Source of the DNA: Armatimonadota bacterium
GTDB taxonomy: Bacteria; Armatimonadota; UBA5829; DTJY01
Length of the DNA stretch: 64,000 nt
NCBI GenBank assembly: GCA_963663705.1
Contig: OY760504.1
Span: 1,224,063-1,288,062 of the forward strand
Reading direction: 5' to 3'
Of this stretch, positions 57,233 through 64,000 are shown in pieces. Position numbers and translations under genes: made by a program. The notes beneath the pieces are model-generated. The model had not been told where the DNA came from. It made no database searches and saw only the letters and a program-made list of their open reading frames with translations. Numbering within the stretch: position 1 is the stretch's first letter; the number at the start of each line of letters is the position of its first letter.

Positions 57233-60200
57233 ATGACAGTATCGCGAAATACCTTCGACCCGTCGAAGAACTACAAGCGCATAAACTACCACCAGGACAG
57301 GGATCTCCTCGACTCGGAATTGAACGAGGGGCAGGAGATCGCATTCCATGAGCAGAAGAAAATCAACGACATGGTGTTCAGAGACGGCTCAATCGTCTCG
57401 GGGCTTCTTGCGTCAGTTAATGCAAACACTGTGACGGTGGCATCCGGCGCCGTGTATATCGGCGGTCGGATGGAAAGCGTATCAGCCGCAATACTCACCT
57501 ATGACCAGGCGAAGACCGCTGGCGTCGATTACGTATACGCCGAACTCGTGAAGTACAACTTCGGCCGTGCCCAGGACTCGTCGCTCATAAACTCTGCCAC
57601 AGGCGAGGCAACGGCAGAGCGTGAGAAGTGGGTGGTCAGCCTCAAATCGCAGGATACTTCGGCCGATCCGCTCCCGGTGAACGCCACGGAGCGTGCGGTA
57701 GTCGCTATATACCAATTCGACCGAGCTACGGGTGAAGTATCGCCGACTGTCGCCCAGAAATCGAACATGTATCTCTCAGACTTCGGCGGAACTCTGCCCG
57801 GAAGCCGGATCACCGTGTCGTCGATATCCGAAAACCAGCTCTCATTTGCCGCTGCGGAGGGCCTGAACTCGCTCCTCGATAATCTCGCAGAGCGCACCTA
57901 CGATCAATCGGGAAGCTACCTAGTCCGCGGCTTCGACTCATTCATCGGCGCGGCAGACGCTGAAAACGTGCAGGTCGTGACGAACGCAGGCCGTGCGTAC
58001 ATTGAGGGCTTCAGGCTCGACAAGGCGCTTCCACAGTCAACGACTATCCCGAAATGCATCGCGACGAAATCTGTACGTGGGGAGCAGAAGACGTATAACT
58101 CGTCCCAGAGACGGTATACATTAAACAGCACGCCACTCAAGTCAACATCGCAGGTGGAGGCCGTCGTCGAGATCATCGGGAGCGTCACCCGGGGCTCAGT
58201 CGGTGGAGGAGAGGATGTGCTGTCCCCGAATCCCGTCGTCGATATCATCGAGGTTTCCCAGGGTGCCACCGTCTATCAGGAAGGCGTCGACTGGCAGCAG
58301 TCAGGGAACGCCGTTGACTGGCTCGGCTCCGGGAGTGAGCCGATGATCGGTACCACGTACACCGTCCGCTGGACATACACCAAGCAGATGGAGAAAGGGG
58401 TAGATTATGTAGACGGCGGCTGGTTTGGTGCAAGCGGTTATCCCACACCCGGTACATACTTCTACATAGTCACCGCTGTTAAGAACACCGGGGAAACGGA
58501 ATACGATCTTGCAAATATTGTATCGGCACAGACCCTTTCAGGCGATATCAGCAAACTCACCTGGCGCCTGATCGCTGGGGCGGAAGGGTACAGGGTGTAT
58601 CGCGGCACGACATCGAGCCGCACGAACCTTAAGCGGCTGATAGAACTCGGACCGACCGCAACCTCATATATCGATGACGGCGTGGACGATCCTAATACGA
58701 CAAATCCGCCATCGAGTAACAATGCGGGCATCTCCACGCCGAGTATGGAAATCGCCCCCGGGAATACAAGCGTCGTGAACTTCGGGAGAATAGGCTCCGG
58801 TAGCGACCCGGTCACGGGCAGCAACATGAGCATCGACTACGAGTACTACCTCGGGAGAAAGGACATAATCTACGCCACGCCGGATGGTATCGAACGCGTG
58901 GCTGGCGCGCCGTCGGACAACCCGAAGCTCCCGATTGCGCCGGAAGGCACACTGTCACTCGCAAGCGTCGACTGCCCGCCTAATTCGACCGATATGTCGA
59001 TCAAGAACTTCGGGCTTGCTCGAGTCACGATGGATCAGGTCAGGAAAATCATGGAGGACGTTGAGGCGCTAAAATACAACGATGCCCTGTCTCAGATGAA
59101 CAGCGCTCTTGCCCAGAGGGATGGAGCGGCGAAGAAGGGGATCTACTCCGACGACTTCCAAAGCGACGCCCAATCGGATGCGGCCCATCCACAGTATTCC
59201 GCACGCGTGGACACTCTGCAGAAATTCGTCGCGCCGGGGAGAGCGGCATCGTCGCATGTCCTTCAGGTCGATACCGCTGCAAGCACCGTGAAGCTCACCG
59301 GAAGCCTTGCACTCCTTCCGGGAGCCGAGCGCGTGCTGATCGAGCAGCTCGACTGGTCGGAAGCAAAAAACGTGAACCCTTACGCCGCCTTCGATCCCCC
59401 ACCGGCAAATATCGCTGTGACGCCGAATATAGGCCGACGTGGTCAGACAGGAATCGCAATAACGGGCTCGAGCTTTACGCCGAACGCCAGTAATATCACC
59501 GTAAAGTGCGACGGGCAGTCGGTGGCAACGAGCGTCTCCGCAGACTCTACAGGGAGGATGACATCGTCCTTTGTGATCCCGGAAAGTGCGACGAACGGGA
59601 GCAGGACGGTCGAGGCGACGGATGGCGTCCACTCTGCCCAGGCAAGCCTGCAAATAAACGATCCGCTCGCAGTCACACGAATTGAGCGCATAGTCGAGGA
59701 GCGGATAGTCCGCGTTCAAGTCGAGCGCATCGTATGGAGATGGCATCCGTGGTGGGGTTTTATCGATCCACTCGCGCAGACATTCTCCTTCGGCGATAAC
59801 CGGGTGGTCTCTGCGGTCGGCCTCTACTTTACACACAAGGATGCGAGCATTCCTGTCAGGGTTCAGATCAGGGGTGTGACATCCGGACTCCCGAACAGCA
59901 CCGTCTTTGCAGAAAAGATACTGTCGCCTGGGGAAGTGAACGTCGATGCCGAGACCAGGGTAGCGTTTTCCGATCCATTCTGTGCATCTGCCAACACTAG
60001 CTATGCGCTTGTAATAATGACCGACAGCACGAATTACCGGATGCGCGTGGCGACGCTTGGGCAGCCTGGGCAAAACGGGATAATAACTAGACAGGCGTAC
60101 GCTGCCGGAGTGCTCCTCGAGAGCTCGAACGCCGAGACCTGGACACCATTGAACGGCTCCGATCTCTCGATGCGGGTGTACGGCTACGACTTCGCGCAGT

Positions 60201-60778
60201 CGGGTGAGCTCCGCTTTCAGGGTATAACAGGCATTCAAGTGAGCGATTTGAATATCGACGAATATTCCTCAATCCCGCTCGGCACTTCTATAACGTGGGA
60301 GTACTCGGTAGATGACGGCTTCACATGGGATGCCCTCGTGCCGGAAGAAGAGGAGCGGCTGCCGAATGTGGAATCGCAGGTACTCGTTCGCGCGAAGTTT
60401 GCAAGCAGCACGACGAACGATACCCCGGCCCTGAACTATAAGGACGTCAACTTGCTTGGCTACTTAAACAACGGAATGGGCATATACGTCACCCGTGAGT
60501 GCGCACTCCTGCAGGGCGTCGCGTCGACCAAAGTCTACGCCGAGATGAACATCCCGAGCGGCACCACCGTGAACTGGTACGCCTCAAACGACGGCGGCAC
60601 GACCTGGGAAGCGATGTCTCTCGATTCGACGCGGCCGATAGATGAGACGTGGACGGAGTATGCGCTCAGCCGTACATTCGCCGATTCTGCTGGAAACAGG
60701 GTCCGCTACAAGGCGGTCATGACCGGGAGCAGCCTGATCTACTCGAGGATTCACACTCTCGGTGCAACACTCAGTTGA
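57233..60778 (+). CDS. large tail fibre / host-specificity protein
   Basis: 1181 aa, Ser/Thr/Gly-rich, last big gene of the tail module. Confidence 0.5.
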   Translation: MTVSRNTFDPSKNYKRINYHQDRDLLDSELNEGQEIAFHEQKKINDMVFRDGSIVSGLLASVNANTVTVASGAVYIGGRMESVSAAILTYDQAKTAGVDYVYAELVKYNFGRAQDSSLINSATGEATAEREKWVVSLKSQDTSADPLPVNATERAVVAIYQFDRATGEVSPTVAQKSNMYLSDFGGTLPGSRITVSSISENQLSFAAAEGLNSLLDNLAERTYDQSGSYLVRGFDSFIGAADAENVQVVTNAGRAYIEGFRLDKALPQSTTIPKCIATKSVRGEQKTYNSSQRRYTLNSTPLKSTSQVEAVVEIIGSVTRGSVGGGEDVLSPNPVVDIIEVSQGATVYQEGVDWQQSGNAVDWLGSGSEPMIGTTYTVRWTYTKQMEKGVDYVDGGWFGASGYPTPGTYFYIVTAVKNTGETEYDLANIVSAQTLSGDISKLTWRLIAGAEGYRVYRGTTSSRTNLKRLIELGPTATSYIDDGVDDPNTTNPPSSNNAGISTPSMEIAPGNTSVVNFGRIGSGSDPVTGSNMSIDYEYYLGRKDIIYATPDGIERVAGAPSDNPKLPIAPEGTLSLASVDCPPNSTDMSIKNFGLARVTMDQVRKIMEDVEALKYNDALSQMNSALAQRDGAAKKGIYSDDFQSDAQSDAAHPQYSARVDTLQKFVAPGRAASSHVLQVDTAASTVKLTGSLALLPGAERVLIEQLDWSEAKNVNPYAAFDPPPANIAVTPNIGRRGQTGIAITGSSFTPNASNITVKCDGQSVATSVSADSTGRMTSSFVIPESATNGSRTVEATDGVHSAQASLQINDPLAVTRIERIVEERIVRVQVERIVWRWHPWWGFIDPLAQTFSFGDNRVVSAVGLYFTHKDASIPVRVQIRGVTSGLPNSTVFAEKILSPGEVNVDAETRVAFSDPFCASANTSYALVIMTDSTNYRMRVATLGQPGQNGIITRQAYAAGVLLESSNAETWTPLNGSDLSMRVYGYDFAQSGELRFQGITGIQVSDLNIDEYSSIPLGTSITWEYSVDDGFTWDALVPEEEERLPNVESQVLVRAKFASSTTNDTPALNYKDVNLLGYLNNGMGIYVTRECALLQGVASTKVYAEMNIPSGTTVNWYASNDGGTTWEAMSLDSTRPIDETWTEYALSRTFADSAGNRVRYKAVMTGSSLIYSRIHTLGATLS

Positions 60779-60793
60779 TAGGAGGGATGGCAT

Positions 60794-61033
60794 ATGCGCG
60801 CAAAGCAAATCGGTGGCATGGTCGAATTCATCCCGACTCCTGCGGAGAAGCGTGAGGCGATAATCCGAGACAACGTGCTTGGCCTGATAGGAAATCTTGG
60901 CGAGCGGATATCCAACATTGAAGAAGCCATCGGAGTGGAGACCAAACTTGCGGATGAGCTCAGGGAAACCATGCGCCGAATCGAATCGGAAGAGATGCTC
61001 GTCGAGGCGCTTCATATCGGGCTGAAGGGTTAA
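60794..61033 (+). CDS. hypothetical protein
   Basis: 79 aa. Confidence 0.25.
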   Translation: MRAKQIGGMVEFIPTPAEKREAIIRDNVLGLIGNLGERISNIEEAIGVETKLADELRETMRRIESEEMLVEALHIGLKG

Positions 61034-61086
61034 AATGAAGGCAAGCGTACGGTGTATCAGGTACGCTTGCCTTCAGTAATATAGCC

Positions 61087-61434
61087 TTACTTCTGAAACA
61101 ATTCTTCCCGGTCAGCCTTTGGTAGACTGTTCACCACTAAATCGTAGGACATGCCGACCATATCGAATACTTCATCGTCCGGGATGCTCCCGTCCAGGGT
61201 GACGGTGTTCCAGTGGCGTTTGTTAGTGTGGTAACCCGGCTGAACGGCTGGATAGACTGCCCTAAGCATAATGGCGGTGTCTGGGTCGCATTTTATGGTA
61301 ATGGCGAGAGGTTCACGCCCAAGACCGATATATGCGAATACTTTGCCACCAGCCTTAAAGACCATAGTAGTTTCATCGAACGGGTAGCATTCCACCGCTC
61401 CCTTCTTCTTGAGTTTGATAGTTTGAAGCTCCAT
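61087..61434 (-). CDS. MmcQ/YjbR family protein
   Basis: CYPFDETTMVFKAGGKVFAYIG...HWNTVTLDGSIPDDEV matches YjbR. Confidence 0.6.
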   Translation of the reverse strand: MELQTIKLKKKGAVECYPFDETTMVFKAGGKVFAYIGLGREPLAITIKCDPDTAIMLRAVYPAVQPGYHTNKRHWNTVTLDGSIPDDEVFDMVGMSYDLVVNSLPKADREELFQK

Positions 61435-61474
61435 TTGCCCTAACCCCTTTGAAACTCTGCGTTCAGATGCCTAA

Positions 61475-61924
61475 TTATATCACACCCCCATCCAGCTTAT
61501 ACGCCTTTCTCTTGAAATCATCGCTCTGATAGCGAATGAGCGTTTCCGTGACAACCGCTGTGCCGCAGCCGGGATAACTCTCGATATCCACTGAATCCGC
61601 TGATTTTACGATGAGTGAAAGCCCGTATCCGCCTATCTGCCCGGGCACAGGTTCCTTGACGCTCGTCCTGTCATAGCCCTTTCCTGAATCGGTGATGGCG
61701 ATAATCATGCGGTCGGCGAAGTATTGCAGATGCACGGTGTAGGTCGAGCGGTCGGTGTATGCATACTTGACTACGTTCGAACAGCCCTCAGAGATGATGG
61801 TCGCCACACGGTCGACATCTTCATCGATCACGCCCATTTCCTTTAGCGGATGGATTGCAATGCGCCGGATGATCGGAACGAGCGAGCTGTCGTTTGTTAC
61901 TTCGAGTGCGGTTTCAAAAATCAT
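61475..61924 (-). CDS. HATPase_c-type anti-sigma regulatory kinase-like protein (RsbW/SpoIIAB-like)
   Basis: 149 aa. Pattern SEGCSNVVKYAY ... DSGKGYD ... GGYGL is typical of GHKL ATPase anti-sigma factors. Confidence 0.6.
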   Translation of the reverse strand: MIFETALEVTNDSSLVPIIRRIAIHPLKEMGVIDEDVDRVATIISEGCSNVVKYAYTDRSTYTVHLQYFADRMIIAITDSGKGYDRTSVKEPVPGQIGGYGLSLIVKSADSVDIESYPGCGTAVVTETLIRYQSDDFKRKAYKLDGGVI

Positions 61925-61980
61925 GATATACCCCTCCTAAGGTGATTTAGCAGGGTGTATTCATCACTCTGTAGCTCTAA

Positions 61981-62029
61981 ATTGTCAAGTATAAGTATTC
62001 TTCTAAATATTTATAGAATCACTTGACAT
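61981..62029. promoter_or_regulatory. nested inverted repeats in the divergent HATPase/amidoligase intergenic region
   Basis: TGTCAAGT (61983-61990) pairs with ACTTGACA (62021-62028), around an imperfect inner IR ATTCTTCTAAATATTTATAGAAT. A TTGACA hexamer sits upstream of the amidoligase gene. Confidence 0.3.
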
Positions 62030-62044
62030 CCATCCAGCAGAAGA

Positions 62045-63046
62045 GTGATTGATGTGTCTAAACACAATACGCTGTTCAGAAATGGAGGAAACCACTCGTT
62101 GGTAGAACTGAACGAAATCAAATTCGGTATCGAGTTGGAAACGGTTTCCCAGACACGAGAAACCGTGGCAAGAGCGATTCAATCCGTAGTAGGCGGTGAA
62201 GTCCGGCATATAGGCACTCCAGGGACATTCGATCCATGGGAGGTAGTTGATGCTAATCAGCGTTCTTGGAAAGTAGTGGCAGATGCGTCATTAACCGATG
62301 TTCCCGCGAATCTCAGGGCAGAGATAGTGAGCCCTATCCTCAGTTATGATGATATACCTGAGCTCCAGGAGGTTGTCCGTGCCGCAAGGAAAGCGGGCTG
62401 CCGCGCATCGAAGACCTGCGGGATCCACGTCCATCTTAGCCATCCCGATGTCACCCCCAAGGCGCTCGCTAATCTTACCAAGCTGATCTACAAGCAGGAG
62501 GCAATCATCTACGCGGCACTCGGAGTAACCACTGAGCGCATGAGCAAATACTGCAAACCGATCGATCCCAAATTCATTGAACGAATCACAAAGAACCCTC
62601 CGGGGACATGGAGCCAGCTAAATAAAGCGTGGTATGGCTACCATGAAACGAACCCTCAGAGATATCACAGCTCGAGATATTCGATTTTGAACCTGAACGG
62701 TTGGTTTCTTAGGGGTGCTTTGGAATTGAGAGCGTATTCAGGTTCGCTTCACGCTGGTCGCGTACGCGCTGCCCTGATTTTCAGCATGGCGCTCCTTGCG
62801 CGTGCAATGAATTGCCGTGGAGCGTCCGCAAAGAGACGGGACTATGACCCTGCTTCGGGGAAGTATGACATGCGCGTATTCCTCATATCTGCCCTTAAGC
62901 TAAACGGCGAGCCATACAAGAACGTAAGGCGGCATCTACTTGCAAACCTTACTGGCGACTCGGCATGGAAGCGTGGAAAACCGACTTCCAAACGTCCTGC
63001 CGCAAAGAATACAAAGACAACGGAGGTGTGCTGTGGAACGGAGTAA
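62045..63046 (+). CDS. amidoligase-family protein (glutamine-synthetase-like fold)
   Basis: FGIELETVS, IHVHLSHPD and a C-terminal NLNGWFLRGALELRAY resemble the Amidoligase_2 family. Start codon uncertain (TTG or GTG). Confidence 0.55.
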   Translation: MIDVSKHNTLFRNGGNHSLVELNEIKFGIELETVSQTRETVARAIQSVVGGEVRHIGTPGTFDPWEVVDANQRSWKVVADASLTDVPANLRAEIVSPILSYDDIPELQEVVRAARKAGCRASKTCGIHVHLSHPDVTPKALANLTKLIYKQEAIIYAALGVTTERMSKYCKPIDPKFIERITKNPPGTWSQLNKAWYGYHETNPQRYHSSRYSILNLNGWFLRGALELRAYSGSLHAGRVRAALIFSMALLARAMNCRGASAKRRDYDPASGKYDMRVFLISALKLNGEPYKNVRRHLLANLTGDSAWKRGKPTSKRPAAKNTKTTEVCCGTE

Positions 63047-63263
63047 AGTCTGGATTCCTGCAAACGTGCTGAAAGGCCTGGAAGCAGTCCGGCGCTCTGG
63101 CAAGACCAATATGCTTGACATACCGGTGGTCATAGATGTTCTTATCAAGATGGCCTATATCGATGCTGCCTTCTGGGTGTACGATAACAGGCATTTCTAC
63201 AGCAGGTGTGTAATCCGAGGTTTCGAACCGGAAGAAGAAGGCCGCGATCAGTGTGCGGATTAG
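63021..63263 (+). CDS. small hypothetical protein
   Basis: GTG start with a GGAGG Shine-Dalgarno 6 nt upstream, inside the 62940..63263 ORF. About 80 aa. Confidence 0.25.
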   Translation, partial: RRCAVERSKVWIPANVLKGLEAVRRSGKTNMLDIPVVIDVLIKMAYIDAAFWVYDNRHFYSRCVIRGFEPEEEGRDQCAD

Positions 63264-63472
63264 CGGGTATTGTGCTTGGAAATGCAGAGAAGGCAGGCGC
63301 TAGCACCAGATTCTTTATAGGACAAACAAGCGAAACAAAGCGGATCCTGAAGGGCTTTGACTGGAAGCGGTTATCTGCAGACGGCATAATCATCAACTCA
63401 CGGGGCAGGGATCCCAAATCAGCGAACGTCGATTCTATTTATGTCGACAGAGTCTTCATTAAGAAGGAATAA
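63206..63472 (+). CDS. small hypothetical protein or gene remnant
   Basis: 88-aa ORF with a basic N-terminus and no family recognised. Could be the 3' remnant of a host gene split by integration. Confidence 0.2.
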   Translation: MCNPRFRTGRRRPRSVCGLAGIVLGNAEKAGASTRFFIGQTSETKRILKGFDWKRLSADGIIINSRGRDPKSANVDSIYVDRVFIKKE

Positions 63473-63516
63473 AAGCATATAGTGTGTAACTCCCTAGATA
63501 ATCAATATTTAAAGCG

Positions 63517-63576
63517 CAGGCACTATCAGTTGGCCCGAAAATTCACGTGAATTTTCGGGCCAACTGATAGTGCCTG
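63517..63576. repeat. 60-bp perfect palindrome (30-bp arms, no spacer)
   Basis: CAGGCACTATCAGTTGGCCCGAAAATTCAC | GTGAATTTTCGGGCCAACTGATAGTGCCTG, centred on CACGTG. Ends 17 bp upstream of the GH20 start codon. Confidence 0.8.
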
Positions 63577-63592
63577 CCGACTGGAGTTAACA

Positions 63593-64000
63593 ATGATTCA
63601 CGAATCAAATATGCTACGATTGCTGCCTCAGCCCCAAAGTATTGCTATGCACGAGGGTTTTTTCAGCGTAAGAGATGTTACGGCCATTCTCTTGGAGGCT
63701 GGAACATCGGTTGCTGATTTTGCAACTGCCATGAGACTGAAACAGGGATTGTTAAGTGCTACGGGGTATGATGCTGAAATTATCCGTCTAGACGCGAATT
63801 GCACGTCTGGCGATCTGATTCTAAGAATCTCACCGAATGACAGGAACCCTGAATCGTACAATCTTCTGATCACTCCCGCCTCTGTAGTAGTCGATGGCGC
63901 GTCTGCGGCTGGGCTTCGCTACGGCGTGGAAACGCTCCTGCAGATCGTGAATCAAGCCGGAATCGATCTTCCTTCGCTGGAAATTTATGACACGCCAGAC
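63593..64000 (+). CDS. beta-N-acetylhexosaminidase (GH20) N-terminal fragment, runs off the window
   Basis: MIHESNMLRLLPQPQSIAMHEGFF... resembles the GH20b N-domain start. The ORF continues past 64000. Confidence 0.55.
   Translation, partial: MIHESNMLRLLPQPQSIAMHEGFFSVRDVTAILLEAGTSVADFATAMRLKQGLLSATGYDAEIIRLDANCTSGDLILRISPNDRNPESYNLLITPASVVVDGASAAGLRYGVETLLQIVNQAGIDLPSLEIYDTPD

Larger units (their letters stand above)
2025..63516. mobile_element. integrated temperate prophage (serine-recombinase associated, contractile tail); boundaries approximate
   Basis: Contiguous phage modules (recombinase, lysis, repressor, replication, packaging, head, contractile tail, accessory) lie between the tmRNA at the left and a host GH20 gene at the right. 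Exact att sites are not identifiable from sequence alone; large serine recombinases need only a 2-bp crossover, so no long direct repeats are expected. Confidence 0.55.

Noticed and set aside
63517-63576. Interpreting the 60-bp palindrome as the serine-recombinase attR
   Set aside because: A hybrid attR, formed from half attB and half attP, would not be a perfect palindrome. More likely an operator or RNA hairpin. Kept as a finding but not called an att site.

Overview
This window is a chromosomal segment that carries a ~60-kb temperate prophage with a contractile tail, with host genes at both ends.

Host DNA at the left end: a 5'-truncated tRNA-Met(CAT) at 1-64, an exported protein, an acylphosphatase, and a well-supported tmRNA (ssrA) at 1674-2024 with tag peptide ...NGTNNYALAA and the G3:U70 acceptor pair. 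Host DNA at the right end: the 5' end of a GH20 beta-N-acetylhexosaminidase gene from 63593.

Prophage map, left to right:
- Cargo operon (2449-4843) between tmRNA and the recombinase, including a Zn-ribbon C-methyltransferase.
- Large serine recombinase module (4971-7446).
- M15-peptidase endolysin and a sigma-70-family sigma factor.
- LexA/CI-like self-cleaving repressor (12038-12754) co-transcribed with two unassignable ~395-aa genes, closed by an intrinsic terminator.
- Early/replication module on the + strand: Cas4-like exonuclease, a Sak4-like AAA ATPase interrupted by a LAGLIDADG intein inside its Walker A motif, ERCC4 nuclease, RecD-like helicase, primase/helicase.
- A minus-strand block with AbrB-type small proteins, a minimal nucleotidyltransferase and a tyrosine recombinase.
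- Packaging and head: terminase large subunit, portal, a 1531-aa MuF-family polymorphic protein (MuF head-morphogenesis domain, three HeH/Rho_N-like repeats, a PI3/PI4-kinase-like domain, a ~500-aa unknown C-terminus), and a Dam-like N6-adenine methyltransferase fused in-frame to a prohead protease/scaffold region, followed by capsid and connector genes.
- P2/Mu-like contractile tail: sheath, tube, a chaperone with a programmed -1 frameshift at T_TTT_TTA (44352-44358), tape measure, U, X (LysM), D, V, PAAR, W, J, I and fibres.
- Right-end accessory cluster: YjbR/MmcQ, an RsbW-like HATPase and an amidoligase.

The best candidates for an undescribed system are the repressor-linked two-gene cassette (cI-rexAB-like architecture), the MuF polymorphic-toxin locus with two downstream candidate immunity genes, and the methyltransferase-protease/scaffold fusion. 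Opposite-strand morons sit inside the structural modules, including a SUKH/SMI1-like immunity-type gene and membrane proteins, one flanked by ~41-bp direct repeats. No CRISPR array was seen.
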